A stretch of DNA of 64,000 nt, from contig JAQBVF010000004.1 in NCBI GenBank assembly GCA_027623675.1, positions 32,001 through 96,000 on the forward strand, written 5' to 3'. Both the position numbers and the translations under genes were made by a program. This DNA comes from Chloroflexota bacterium. Lineage in GTDB: Bacteria > Chloroflexota > Dehalococcoidia > Lucifugimonadales > UBA3495. The notes below the pieces were generated by a model. The model was not told the DNA's origin and searched no databases. It worked only from the letters and a program-made list of their open reading frames with translations. This document shows, one piece after another, positions 1-9,531 of this stretch; the stretch's first letter is position 1; each line of letters opens with the position of its first letter.

Positions 1-1
1 C

Positions 2-1189
2 ATGGGGCAGGTCTTGGCCGAGGACATCAGCTCACCCATCGCGCTGCCGCCGCTGAACAACTCGGGCATGGACGGGTATGCCCTGCTCCACAGCGACATC
101 TCCGGGGCCTCTAAAGCGAACCCCAAGAACCTGAGCGTGATCGGCGTCGTGGCGGCGGGTCAGATGCCCGACAAGACCGTTACTACCGGCACCGCCATGC
201 GCATCATGACCGGGGCGCCGGTGCCCGACGGCGCCGACACCGTGGTGCCTTTTGAAGAGACCGACGAGGTGGAGCGCAAACGGGAGGGCAAGCCCTTGGA
301 CCAGGTGGCCATCTTCGCCGACATGCCTCCGGGCTGCAACGTGCGGCCCGCCGGAGAGGACGTTAGCCGGGGCGCGTTGGTGCTGCAGAAGGGCACGGTG
401 GTGCGGGCCGCCGAGGTTGGCGTGATCGCGTCGCTGGGGCTGGATAAGGTAAAGGTGGTGCGCCGTCCGGTGGTGGCGATCCTGGCCACGGGGGACGAGC
501 TTGAGATTACCGGCACCCCGCTGACAGGCGGCAAGATCTACGACTCGAACAGCTTCAGCGTGGCTGCGTCAGTGATAGCCAGCGGCGGCATTCCAAAGAT
601 ATTGGGCATCGCGCGGGATAACTTGGCTGATCTGAATGCCAGATTGGAAGCGACTGCCGGGGCCGATCTAGTGGTGACATCAGCGGGCGTATCCAAGGGC
701 GATTATGATATGGTGAAAGATGTGCTTAACCAAAGGGGCGAGATGAACTTCTGGTCCGTGCGGATGCGCCCGGCCAAGCCCCTGGCGTTTGGGCATCTAA
801 ACGGTCCTGCCGCCACCCACGGAAAGGACATTCCACTCCTGGGACTGCCTGGCAATCCGGTGAGCGCCATGGTGGCCTTCGAGATGTTCGCCAGGCCCGC
901 GATACGCGCCATGCTCGGCAAGGCTGTGAGGCCTCGGCCCGTCGTTGAAGGCGTGCTTACCAGTGCCATCCGAAATGAGGACGGCCGCCGGGTTTATGCT
1001 AGGGTAGAAGTGGAACTGAAAGACGGAACGTATCAGGCGACCCCCACCGGACCCCAGGGATCCAATATCCTAACCTCCATGTCCAAAGCCAATGGTCTGG
1101 CGATCTGCCCCGAGGACCTGCCGGGTAAGAACGCTGGCGATCGGGTGCAGATTATCATGCTGGACTGGAACGAAGAGGTGCAAGTATGA
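2..1189 (+). CDS. moeA: Molybdopterin molybdotransferase MoeA (may be 5'-partial at window edge)
   Basis: Motifs SGMDGYA, RIMTGAPVPDGAD, ATGDEL, IYDSNS, MRPAKPLAFG, GLPGNPVSA. Confidence 0.95.
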   Translation: MGQVLAEDISSPIALPPLNNSGMDGYALLHSDISGASKANPKNLSVIGVVAAGQMPDKTVTTGTAMRIMTGAPVPDGADTVVPFEETDEVERKREGKPLDQVAIFADMPPGCNVRPAGEDVSRGALVLQKGTVVRAAEVGVIASLGLDKVKVVRRPVVAILATGDELEITGTPLTGGKIYDSNSFSVAASVIASGGIPKILGIARDNLADLNARLEATAGADLVVTSAGVSKGDYDMVKDVLNQRGEMNFWSVRMRPAKPLAFGHLNGPAATHGKDIPLLGLPGNPVSAMVAFEMFARPAIRAMLGKAVRPRPVVEGVLTSAIRNEDGRRVYARVEVELKDGTYQATPTGPQGSNILTSMSKANGLAICPEDLPGKNAGDRVQIIMLDWNEEVQV

Positions 1190-1671
1190 CAACAGAAGAC
1201 CCCAACACCGAAGAGATGGCCCCCGAGGCTTCCCCCGAAACTTCCCTAGAGATTTCGCCAGAGACCTCGCCCGAGGAACAGCCGGAACGGGAAAACCCCA
1301 TGTTCCTGATCAGCGTTGAACGCCTGGACAGACTCGAGCGGTCGCCGGTGCATCTGGTTGCCGGGCGGCTGGCGCCGACCAGCCCATCCAAGTCCAAGCC
1401 GATCAGTGAGCTTGGCGATGTGAAGGGCTTGATCCGGGAGATCGCCAAGAATTACAAGAACGACCCCGACTTCATCCGGTCGGACATGCCGGTGCAGGAG
1501 ATCGTCTTCCGGACACTGCTGGCCCGGGGCAACCGCCCCATGTCGCTCTCTGACTTGCATTACGAGCTTACAGAGCGGTGGGCGACGCCGATCCGCCCCA
1601 TAGTGATCACCGAAGAGCGGTTGCTGCGCATCTTGGACAACGACAGCTACTATGGGTTCGCCCGTAAATAG
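1186..1671 (+). CDS. Conserved hypothetical protein, acidic repetitive N-terminus, possible winged-helix C-terminus
   Basis: ATGA overlap with moeA stop, GAGG SD, terminator downstream; (S/A)PE(T/A/E) repeats at N-terminus. Confidence 0.75.
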   Translation: MTTEDPNTEEMAPEASPETSLEISPETSPEEQPERENPMFLISVERLDRLERSPVHLVAGRLAPTSPSKSKPISELGDVKGLIREIAKNYKNDPDFIRSDMPVQEIVFRTLLARGNRPMSLSDLHYELTERWATPIRPIVITEERLLRILDNDSYYGFARK

Positions 1672-1715
1672 CGGTCCCGGGCAAGCCGCTTCCTTAGGCG
1701 ACAAACAAAGGCCAC

Positions 1716-1749
1716 AAAAAAACCGGGGTGTGAGAACACCCCGGTTTTT
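1716..1749. terminator. Bidirectional intrinsic terminator
   Basis: AAAAAAA-CCGGGGTGT-GAGA-ACACCCCGG-TTTTT between convergent genes. Confidence 0.9.
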
Positions 1750-1770
1750 CTTGTTCGCTTTTAAGGCCGT

Positions 1771-2133
1771 TTAAGCGGCGGCCAGCTGCTCGTTGGCCAC
1801 TGCCACCAACTTCTTGAAGGCATCCGGGTCGTGGAAAGCCATGTCGGCCATGATCTTTCGGTCCAGCTCAACCCCGGCCAGCTTCAGGCCGTGCATGAAC
1901 TGGCCGTAGTTGGTCCCGGCTTCGCGGCAGGCCGCATTGATGCGGACGATCCACAGCCGGCGGAACTCGCCCTTGCGCTCACGGCGATGCCGGTAGGCGT
2001 AGGACCAAGCGTGCATGACCGCTTCTTTGGCCCATTTGTAGTTACGGGAAGATGCGCCGCTATAGCCTTTGGCGGCCTTTAATATCTTTTTGTGGCGGGC
2101 GCGTTTAGTGACGCCGCGTTTGACTCTAGACAA
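1771..2133 (-). CDS. rplT: 50S ribosomal protein L20
   Basis: MSRVKRGV...[11 protein letters not shown]...[12 protein letters not shown]...LDRK; TTG start. Confidence 0.98.
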   Translation of the reverse strand: MSRVKRGVTKRARHKKILKAAKGYSGASSRNYKWAKEAVMHAWSYAYRHRRERKGEFRRLWIVRINAACREAGTNYGQFMHGLKLAGVELDRKIMADMAFHDPDAFKKLVAVANEQLAAA

Positions 2134-2159
2134 GGGTTAATCTCCGGTAGGGGTCTGGT

Positions 2160-2357
2160 TCAGCCGTAGGGAAGCATCCGATGCAGGCGCTTGTAGTCCG
2201 CGGGATCTACGGCCAACTTATCGGAAAACTTTCTAGTTACCTTGGTGGGCTTCTTGCGCCTGAGGTGGCTGCTCATGCGTTTGCGGCGCATCAGCTTGCC
2301 GGTGCCGGTTACGTGTATTCGGGCCTTGGCCCCTTTATGTGTTTTAAGTTTTGGCAT
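2160..2357 (-). CDS. rpmI: 50S ribosomal protein L35
   Basis: MPKLKTHKGAKAR...TGTGK; true start ATG 2357; conserved infC-rpmI-rplT order. Confidence 0.97.
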   Translation of the reverse strand: MPKLKTHKGAKARIHVTGTGKLMRRKRMSSHLRRKKPTKVTRKFSDKLAVDPADYKRLHRMLPYG

Positions 2358-2928
2358 CTGCCAGTTCTTCTTGTCCCTGATTGGTTTCTTTTGGAGCGCC
2401 ATCCGCCTTCTCACTCTGGGTGAGAGCCGGAATAAGCACCATGGACAGCGCCCGGCCTTCCATGGTCGGGGGGCGTTCCAAACGCACTTCTTCTTTCAGT
2501 TCGTCGGCCACCCGCTTGAGGACTGAGAGCCCCAGTTGCTGATGGGCGGCTTCGCGTCCCCGGAATCGGACGGTGAGCTTGACCTTGGAACCATCGTTGA
2601 TGAACTCGCGAATCTTGCGAGTCTTGGCGTCCAAGTCGTGGGTCCCAATATTGGGCCGGAAACGCACCTCTTTCTGCTCGGTGCTTCGCTGACCCTTCTT
2701 GGATTCGCGTTCCTTCTTGGAGGTGAGGTAAAGGAGTTTGCCGTAGTCCAGCAACCTGCAGACGGGAGGGTCGGAGTTAGGAGCCACCTCGACCAAGTCT
2801 ACTTCAGCGTCGCGCGCGAGTTGAAGTGCTCGTGAGACATCCATCACGCCGAGCTGGGCCCCATTGTCACCGATGACTCGAACCTGGGGGCTGTTTATCC
2901 GCTCGTTGACCCGATACTGTCTAGCTAT
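2344..2928 (-). CDS. infC: Translation initiation factor IF-3 with non-canonical ATA start
   Basis: Frame extends upstream of the ORF track call: ATA GCT AGA CAG TAT CGG GTC AAC GAG CGG ATA (xARQYRVNERI); GGAGG SD 9 nt upstream; DLVEVAPNSDPPVCR and FRGRE motifs. Confidence 0.95.
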   Translation of the reverse strand: MARQYRVNERINSPQVRVIGDNGAQLGVMDVSRALQLARDAEVDLVEVAPNSDPPVCRLLDYGKLLYLTSKKERESKKGQRSTEQKEVRFRPNIGTHDLDAKTRKIREFINDGSKVKLTVRFRGREAAHQQLGLSVLKRVADELKEEVRLERPPTMEGRALSMVLIPALTQSEKADGAPKETNQGQEELADAKT

Positions 2929-3253
2929 GCTCTGTTACCTCCGATATATTCCTCGCCATTAACGTAAACGATAAGTGGAATCACTCTACCATAAGGCCCG
3001 TACAGCGTCAATCAAAATCGGGCGTGGCCACGCCTGCCGGAAGGCCTCTCGTCCATCGCGGCCCAGCGGGCCGGACATGGCACCGCCGCCCAGCTTGAAA
3101 CCGGACCCGCCAAACTCGCCGATGGCGTACCTGTTTCCATCAGATCGGTCTGGGTGGTGTCGATAGCGTACCAACTGCTGGGTTAGTGCCACGGAGTTTG
3201 GGTGCAAGGGAGCGAATGCCAACCACACCGTTTTCCCGGCCTGGATCCTGGGT

Positions 3254-4195
3254 CTATCGCTGGGGAGATTCGTCGTTGGGGTCGTCGTCATCCAGGTCTA
3301 GGTCCTGGTCCGGGTCTATGTTGGTGTCCACGCTGGAGCCCAAGCCCTGGAGGAACTCTTCGACCATCGGGGAGAGGGGCGCGCTGGATGGCCCGCCGCT
3401 TCCGTTCTCGCGGTCGTAACGCTCCTCAAGCCGTTGCAAGAGGCTGGCCACATCCGCGGTGTCGGTGACGATGTTCTGCAGCGATGCGTATTGCTGGCGG
3501 CCACGCTCGGCGTCGGCCAGGCGGCTGGGCAGTCCGTAGATCGTGCAGAGTATCTGCATGAGCCGCGCCGTGCCGGTGAAGTCCTCTTCCACCTGGAAGT
3601 ATTGGGGCAGGTGCACCACGAAGATGCGGGTCTCAACGCCCATCGCCTCGCAGGCATTGGAGATCAGATAGGTGATGGTCGTGGGACCTTCGTAGTCGCT
3701 GGGGCGCACGCCGACCAGCTTGTATTCATCCTGGTTATCGGTGTCCACCGTGCCGCCTGAAACCAGCAGCGGGCGCGTGTGGGGGACCATGTCGTACATG
3801 GCGCCGATCATCGAATATCGCTTGATGCCGAGATGCTTTAGCACCTCGATCACCGAGTCGGTGTAATCTTCGCCGTAGAGATGTGGTTCCAGCAGGTGCA
3901 GCGTGACCAGGTCGGGACCGTTCTCCCGGATGGACACGTTGATGGTGGTCGAGGGGATGTTGTACTCACGCACACCCTGTTTCAAGACGGACCTGGGCCG
4001 GTAGCGGGTGAAGTCGTAATAGCGGCCAGGCTTGACCAGGCGGCCAATCTCCTTGGACTCGAGGTGGCGTTCGATACGCCGCAGGGTCAGCGTTCCCACG
4101 TTTCCCACGTCGATCCATGGCCGTAGGACCGCCAGGACATGCGGGTCTTTCAGCTCGGGAATAGGCTCTGGGAATTCAAAATCACCGATGCGCAT
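3254..4195 (-). CDS. PAC2 (proteasome assembly chaperone 2) family protein
   Basis: PWIDVGNVG, YYDFTRYRP, LEPH, VPHTRP, YEGPT motifs; acidic tail; start estimated. Confidence 0.85.
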   Translation of the reverse strand: MRIGDFEFPEPIPELKDPHVLAVLRPWIDVGNVGTLTLRRIERHLESKEIGRLVKPGRYYDFTRYRPRSVLKQGVREYNIPSTTINVSIRENGPDLVTLHLLEPHLYGEDYTDSVIEVLKHLGIKRYSMIGAMYDMVPHTRPLLVSGGTVDTDNQDEYKLVGVRPSDYEGPTTITYLISNACEAMGVETRIFVVHLPQYFQVEEDFTGTARLMQILCTIYGLPSRLADAERGRQQYASLQNIVTDTADVASLLQRLEERYDRENGSGGPSSAPLSPMVEEFLQGLGSSVDTNIDPDQDLDLDDDDPNDESPQR

Positions 4196-4410
4196 CAATC
4201 TAGTTTGACAGTGGAGAATTGGTTTGACAAGGGCAAGACATCCGGCCTGGGGGGATTTCCCGGCTTGGATCAAACCGTGTTTGGGGCGTGTGTCGAAAAC
4301 CGGAACTTTGGTATCATACGTAGCTAGAAACAGAGGGGTTGCCGGTCTGGTTTCAATGCGAACCGGCCCGGGGGAACCGGCTTTAGGTTCACCAGGATCA
4401 AGAAGGGCGG

Positions 4411-5007
4411 ATGCAGGCTAAATACCCGGCAGTTCTGACCATCATCATCGCTATCTTCCTGCTGACGGCCTGCGGCGGTGAAGCAGCCACGCCCAAGGTG
4501 GAAACACCGGGAGACTCGGAATCCGCGCCGGCCTCAGATACCCCGACTGCTATTCCCATCTGGCGTTACGTGAACAGCGGTTGGGTTTCGCCGTTGGACG
4601 CGCCAGACGCCAACGCGTTTTCCAAGGAACTGCGGGCGGTCATCATCACTAGCAACCTGGAGATGGAGCGATTTAACCGCGCAACGCCCAGCAAACGGAC
4701 GTTCGGGACCGGCGCCACCTTGGGCCGGCCGGAATTTCCCGGTTCGGTGGTCTTGGCGGTTTATCTCATGTGGCAGCCGTTCCAGGGGGACCCGCTATCG
4801 GTTGTCGGACTCACGATCGAAGGCAACCGGGCCGTCGTGGATCTGGAACTTGACGAGGACGCCCAGGGCCGGGAGTACCCCTACCTGTTTGCGCCCATGA
4901 CCATGGTCATGGTGGACCGTTCTGAGTTTCCGGAGCAGGGGCCTGTGGAGTTCGAGTTCAGGCTGGATGGCCTGGCGCCGGTTATTGTTTCCGACTCGCT
5001 GGAATAG
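4411..5007 (+). CDS. Hypothetical lipoprotein
   Basis: Signal peptide with lipobox LLTAC. Confidence 0.75.
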   Translation: MQAKYPAVLTIIIAIFLLTACGGEAATPKVETPGDSESAPASDTPTAIPIWRYVNSGWVSPLDAPDANAFSKELRAVIITSNLEMERFNRATPSKRTFGTGATLGRPEFPGSVVLAVYLMWQPFQGDPLSVVGLTIEGNRAVVDLELDEDAQGREYPYLFAPMTMVMVDRSEFPEQGPVEFEFRLDGLAPVIVSDSLE

Positions 5008-5065
5008 GTCTTAGCCAAGGCGGGTCACCGGGTCAAAAAATAAGAACCGGAGACACGAAGAATCT

Positions 5066-5101
5066 CTAAGGGGCGTCCCGATCGATCGGGACGCCCCTTA
5101 G
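5066..5101. terminator. 36-bp perfect palindrome between convergent genes (probable terminator)
   Basis: CTAAGGGGCGTCCCGATC|GATCGGGACGCCCCTTAG. Confidence 0.7.
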
Positions 5102-5162
5102 CATTGGAGCCGCGTTGGAACCCGCAGGGTCCTCTGAAACGCGGCGCTTTGATAGGCGGTGC

Positions 5163-5711
5163 TTACTGGGGTATCTCGGCGACCATGCCTTCGCCCAGTT
5201 CCACGTCCATGGTGCAGAGGACCTGGGCCACCAGCAGGTAGTGCCCGACCAGCACGGCTAGGTGCAGGGTGTCCTGTTCGCCGAACCGGTCCACCAAGCC
5301 CTTGTAGGTGGCGTCCTTCACCTTGTGGTCACGGAGCAGCTCGTGGACATAACTGACCAGTTGGGCCTCGTCGCCCGAGAGTCCGGCTGGCGCGGTTCCG
5401 TCGGCAATGGCCTTGATGGTCTTGTCGGAGACTCCGGCGGCCCGGGCCAATTTTGCGTGGGCCGAGAACTCGTACTGGGAATTCATCTCCTTTGCGGTGG
5501 AGATAATCACGGTCTCTTTCAGGGCCTCGGGGATTCCGAACTCGTAGCGCACGAAAGCGCCGGTGTCGGCCACGCGGGCGGCCAGCTTGGGGCTATGGAG
5601 CAGCACACCGTAGGGGCCGCGGATGCTGCCGCGGGTGCCGACTATGGAGTCGAAATACTCGTGGTCTTCAGGCTTAAGTTGGTCTCTGGTAACGGCGGGA
5701 AGTCTGGCCAT
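5163..5711 (-). CDS. Carboxymuconolactone decarboxylase/AhpD-like family protein
   Basis: GPYGVLLHSP, YEFSAH, ARAAGVS motifs; AGGAG SD. Confidence 0.85.
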   Translation of the reverse strand: MARLPAVTRDQLKPEDHEYFDSIVGTRGSIRGPYGVLLHSPKLAARVADTGAFVRYEFGIPEALKETVIISTAKEMNSQYEFSAHAKLARAAGVSDKTIKAIADGTAPAGLSGDEAQLVSYVHELLRDHKVKDATYKGLVDRFGEQDTLHLAVLVGHYLLVAQVLCTMDVELGEGMVAEIPQ

Positions 5712-5826
5712 TTGGGTTTCTCCTTTTGGTTGGTGTTGCGGTTCAGATTTGGCTGGTTGAGGAAGGTGGCCTCACCCGAGCTGTCCATCTCAGTGGAGAA
5801 GGGACTCGTCGTCTCGACTGAGTCCC

Positions 5827-6735
5827 CTATCTCTTTACGGCTGGGACCGGGTTACCGGGGATGTTTACCTGCACCGAGCCCAGGTGGTTGCGGCTGGTGA
5901 AGTACAGGGTTTTCCAGTTGTCTCCGCCGAAGGCCAGGTTGGTGGTGGCCGTGGCGCCGTGGTTGACCCGGCCCAGCTTCTTGCCGGTGGGGTCCATGAT
6001 GTACAGGCCGCCCGAGCCGCCGCAGTAGATGTTGCCTTCGATGTCGACCTTCATGCCGTCAGGAACGCCAGGCTCATCGCCGGTCAGGTCGGCAATCACC
6101 GTGTCGCTCTGCTTGGCCAGTGTCCCGTTGGGCTGGACCTCGAAAGAGCGGATGTGGCCCCTGCGGGAGTCGTTCACATACAGGATGCTCTCGTCTGGGG
6201 AGAACATCAGCCCGTTGGGAACGATGAAATCGTCGATCAACAGGGTGAGCGTGCCCAGGTCGGGGCTGACCCGGTATACGCCGGAGAAGGTCAGGTCCCA
6301 CTGTTCGGCGGGCAGGGGGCTGGTCCAAGGGTCGGTGAAATAGATGCTGCCGTCCGACTTCACGATCACGTCGTTGGGCCGGTTCAGGCGGCGGCCCTGG
6401 AAGCTGGCGGCGATGACCGTGACGCTGCCATCAACCTCTTGGCGGGCGACACGCCGGCTGTCGTGCTCGGCGGAAACCAAGCGGCCCTGTAGGTCGCGGG
6501 TCAGGCCGTTGGCCCGGTTCGTCGGCTCCTGGAAAACGGTAGTGTCTCCGCCGGGGGTGTGCTTCATCCGCCTGTCGTTGTGGATGTCGCTGAATAGCAG
6601 GTAGCCGCCCTCTTTCCACCAGAGGGGTCCTTCGGCTGGGCCCTGGTCTCCGCCGAAGCCGTCGGCCAGGTGCTGGATCGGAGTGTCGGTGGATATGATC
6701 TTGGATAGTTCCGGGGCAAACTGCTCTATCGGCAT
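5827..6735 (-). CDS. SMP-30/gluconolactonase family protein
   Basis: AEGPLW, LFSDI, NGLTRD, NRPNDVIV, PNGLMFSPD, PDGMKVD, TNLAFGG. Confidence 0.93.
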   Translation of the reverse strand: MPIEQFAPELSKIISTDTPIQHLADGFGGDQGPAEGPLWWKEGGYLLFSDIHNDRRMKHTPGGDTTVFQEPTNRANGLTRDLQGRLVSAEHDSRRVARQEVDGSVTVIAASFQGRRLNRPNDVIVKSDGSIYFTDPWTSPLPAEQWDLTFSGVYRVSPDLGTLTLLIDDFIVPNGLMFSPDESILYVNDSRRGHIRSFEVQPNGTLAKQSDTVIADLTGDEPGVPDGMKVDIEGNIYCGGSGGLYIMDPTGKKLGRVNHGATATTNLAFGGDNWKTLYFTSRNHLGSVQVNIPGNPVPAVKR

Positions 6736-6941
6736 GGTCGCCTCCTTTATCGGTGATTCCAGATGATTTCTAGCCTGGGGTCTGAAATTACTGAGGCATT
6801 ATAATACGAAACCCGTGGGTGCGCGCCGGGCATGGGCCACATCTGTTCCGGCCAGCTTGACTAGGCTCGGCTGGGGGGCTATTCTGCCCCTAATCCGGCG
6901 GAGGCCATATCCTGCATCGCAATCAATTATGGAGGCGCACC

Positions 6942-7298
6942 ATGGCACTGAGTCTCAACCACGTTCATCTCAAGACAACCGATCCCCAGGCAACCGCCCA
7001 GTTCTACATCGACACGTTGGGCGCAACCAAGGTCGCCGATGTGGGGGACATCGGAGTGCGTCTGGACCTGCATGGACTGACCCTGAATGTGACCAAGCAT
7101 ATCGACACCCAGACCAGGGACCAGAAATACGGCATCGAGCATATCGCCATCGACGCTGACGACATTCAGGGCATGATCGACAGCCTGAAGGCCAACGGCG
7201 CCAAAATCTTGGAAGAGACTTCCATTTCGGGCGGCCGGCGGGTGGTCTTCTTCGAGGGCCCCGACGGTGTGCAGCTCGAGTTCATCGAAAACAAGTGA
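6942..7298 (+). CDS. VOC/glyoxalase family protein
   Basis: LNHVHL...IEHIAI...FFEGPDGVQLEF; GGAGG SD. Confidence 0.9.
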   Translation: MALSLNHVHLKTTDPQATAQFYIDTLGATKVADVGDIGVRLDLHGLTLNVTKHIDTQTRDQKYGIEHIAIDADDIQGMIDSLKANGAKILEETSISGGRRVVFFEGPDGVQLEFIENK

Positions 7299-7319
7299 TC
7301 CATCAAGCATTCTAGGCAG

Positions 7320-7364
7320 TGGTCCACGCAACGATCCACGCAACAATCCAGGAACAATCTACGA
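7320..7364 (+). repeat. Degenerate 11-12 bp tandem repeat (RRTCCACGCAAC-like, about 4 copies)
   Basis: GGTCCACGCAAC GATCCACGCAAC AATCCAGGAAC AATCTACGAG. Confidence 0.6.
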
Positions 7365-7380
7365 GGGTAGGAGCGCCGAC

Positions 7381-8034
7381 ATGATCTACGAACAACGGAT
7401 ATACAAAGCTGTGCCCGGCAAATTGCCGGCCATCAACGCCCGTTTCGCCAACCACACCATCGGCTTCTTTGAGGAGTTCGGCATCGGAGTGGTCGGTTTC
7501 TGGAACGACGAGATCGGGGAGAGCAACCAGCTCACCTATATCACCAGCTTTGAGAACATGGCCGACCGGGAAGAGAAATGGAACGCCTTCCAGTCGCACA
7601 AACCCTGGCATGAAGTCCGGGCCGAGACCGAGGCCAATGGGCCTCTGGTTAGCCAGGTGATCAACTCCTTCATGAGCCTGACGCCCTACTCGCCCCAGCC
7701 TGCCTTCAAGACCAATCTGCAGGAGAAGCGGGTTTACGACACCATGCCCGGCAAACTGCCCAATCTCCATGCCCGTTTCAAGGACCATACCATGGGCCTG
7801 TTCGAGAAGCACGGCATCCAGAACGTGGCCTACTGGACCGAGGATATCGGAACCAGCAACCGCTTGGTCTACATGGTGGGTTACCCCGACCTGGACGCCA
7901 GGGAAAAGGGCTGGGCCGGTATGAACGCTGACCCGGAATGGCAGAAAGCCAGAGCGGCATCTGAGGTTGATGGGGCGTTGGTGCGGGTGTCCAAGCATTC
8001 GATTCTCCGTTTGACCGACTATTCGCCCAGGTAA
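7381..8034 (+). CDS. Tandem NIPSNAP-domain protein
   Basis: Two copies of YE.R.Y...PGKLP....RF..HT...F; AGGAG SD before ATG 7381. Confidence 0.9.
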   Translation: MIYEQRIYKAVPGKLPAINARFANHTIGFFEEFGIGVVGFWNDEIGESNQLTYITSFENMADREEKWNAFQSHKPWHEVRAETEANGPLVSQVINSFMSLTPYSPQPAFKTNLQEKRVYDTMPGKLPNLHARFKDHTMGLFEKHGIQNVAYWTEDIGTSNRLVYMVGYPDLDAREKGWAGMNADPEWQKARAASEVDGALVRVSKHSILRLTDYSPR

Positions 8035-8133
8035 GTACCCTGCTCTGAAGCAGGTTTTCGTACATCGGCCTGGACCAGATGCGGTCCGGGCCGATGTGAT
8101 TCTTGGCCCATCCGGATTTAAGGACTGACGGAC

Positions 8134-9294
8134 ATGGATGTAGCAAAGATCAGAAGCCAGATACCCGTTCTGGCGCATACCGCCTACATGAACACCGGTT
8201 GGTCAGGGCCATCGCCCAGACAGGTCGCCCAGGCCATGAAGGACCGGATAGACCTGGAACTGGAGCAGGGGTCGACCACATCGGGGGTCTACGAAGCTGG
8301 AAAAGAGATTCAAGCCCGGGCCCGCGAGGCGGCGGCGCGGATATTCAACGCGTCGGTGGACGAGGTGCTGGTAACCCGCAACACCACGGAGGGGATCAAC
8401 ATCGTCATGAGCGGCCTGGACTGGCGCCAGGGCGACGAGATCATCACCTGCAATCTGGAGCACGGCTCGGTGGTGGTGCCCAGTCAGATGGTTGGACTGC
8501 GCTACGGCGTCGCGGTGAAGGTGGTGGACCTGGACCCGCACGACCCCCGCGAGACCATCCTGGCCAAGATCGAGGCGGCATTCACCCCCAAGACTCGCAT
8601 GGTCTTCATCAGCCACATCGAATATTCCACCGGCCTGCGCATGCCGGCGGAGGAGATCAGGAAGTTGACCAAAGACCGGGGGATCCTGTTCATGTTGGAC
8701 GGGGCGCAGACCGGCGGTCACATCGCCCTGGACATGGCCCGATCCGAGTTCGATTTCTATTCCATCCCCGGCCAGAAATGGCTGCTGGGCTACGAGGGCA
8801 CCGGCGCCTTGTTCATCCGCCAAGAGCACCTCGAGCGGATACACCCGGCCCACACCGGCGGCAGGGCGGTGGCGTCACCCATGGACGTGCATAACTTCCA
8901 GCCCAATCCACACACCATGGAGAAGTTCTTGGGCGGGTCGGCTAGCGTGCCTCTACAGGCGGCGTTCTTGGAGGCCACCAAGTTCATTGAAGAGGCCGGT
9001 ATCCAGAACATCGAGGCCAGGAACCTGGACCTGGCGGAGTCGGCCAAGGCCAAGCTGTCGGAGATTCCCGGTGTGACGGTGATATCGCCTTCGGAACGGC
9101 GTGATTCGTCGGGTCTGGTCAGCTTCTCGGTTGAGGGCCAGACACCAGTGTCGGTGGTCAGCCGATTGTGGGAGAACCATCAGGTGGTGGTCCGCCAAGT
9201 AGCGTATCCCGCAGGCGTCCGCGCCTCTCTCCATTTCTTCAATACCGAGGAGGAAGTGGAATTGTTGGCCGGTGGGGTCCGCGAATTGGCGTAA
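8134..9294 (+). CDS. Class V PLP aminotransferase (cystine lyase C-DES/isopenicillin epimerase-like)
   Basis: YMNTG, NTTEG, EHGS, DGAQ, PGQKWLLG (PLP Lys), VRAS.HFFNTEEE; lacks the NifS/SufS catalytic Cys loop. Confidence 0.88.
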   Translation: MDVAKIRSQIPVLAHTAYMNTGWSGPSPRQVAQAMKDRIDLELEQGSTTSGVYEAGKEIQARAREAAARIFNASVDEVLVTRNTTEGINIVMSGLDWRQGDEIITCNLEHGSVVVPSQMVGLRYGVAVKVVDLDPHDPRETILAKIEAAFTPKTRMVFISHIEYSTGLRMPAEEIRKLTKDRGILFMLDGAQTGGHIALDMARSEFDFYSIPGQKWLLGYEGTGALFIRQEHLERIHPAHTGGRAVASPMDVHNFQPNPHTMEKFLGGSASVPLQAAFLEATKFIEEAGIQNIEARNLDLAESAKAKLSEIPGVTVISPSERRDSSGLVSFSVEGQTPVSVVSRLWENHQVVVRQVAYPAGVRASLHFFNTEEEVELLAGGVRELA

Positions 9295-9531
9295 TACCAC
9301 GCTCCGACCGTTGCCAAAGGACGATGCCAAACATGCCGGAGCGCCTCCCGCTCCGGCTTTTAATTTCCATTTTAATTTCTGTCGAGCATTGCCAGAATCC
9401 GGGAGAAATTTGCTTTTAAGATGCCGCTAGCGGCGGCCGGTTGGATGGGTATTTGGGTACATTCGGCCCTATTGTGAAATTGCGCGATGCGAGACCATGT
9501 TGCTGGAAAACCTGGGAGGAGGAAATCCAAA

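Noticed and set aside
7300..7370. CRISPR array
   Set aside because: Repeats are 11-12 bp, adjacent with no spacers, and no cas genes are present.
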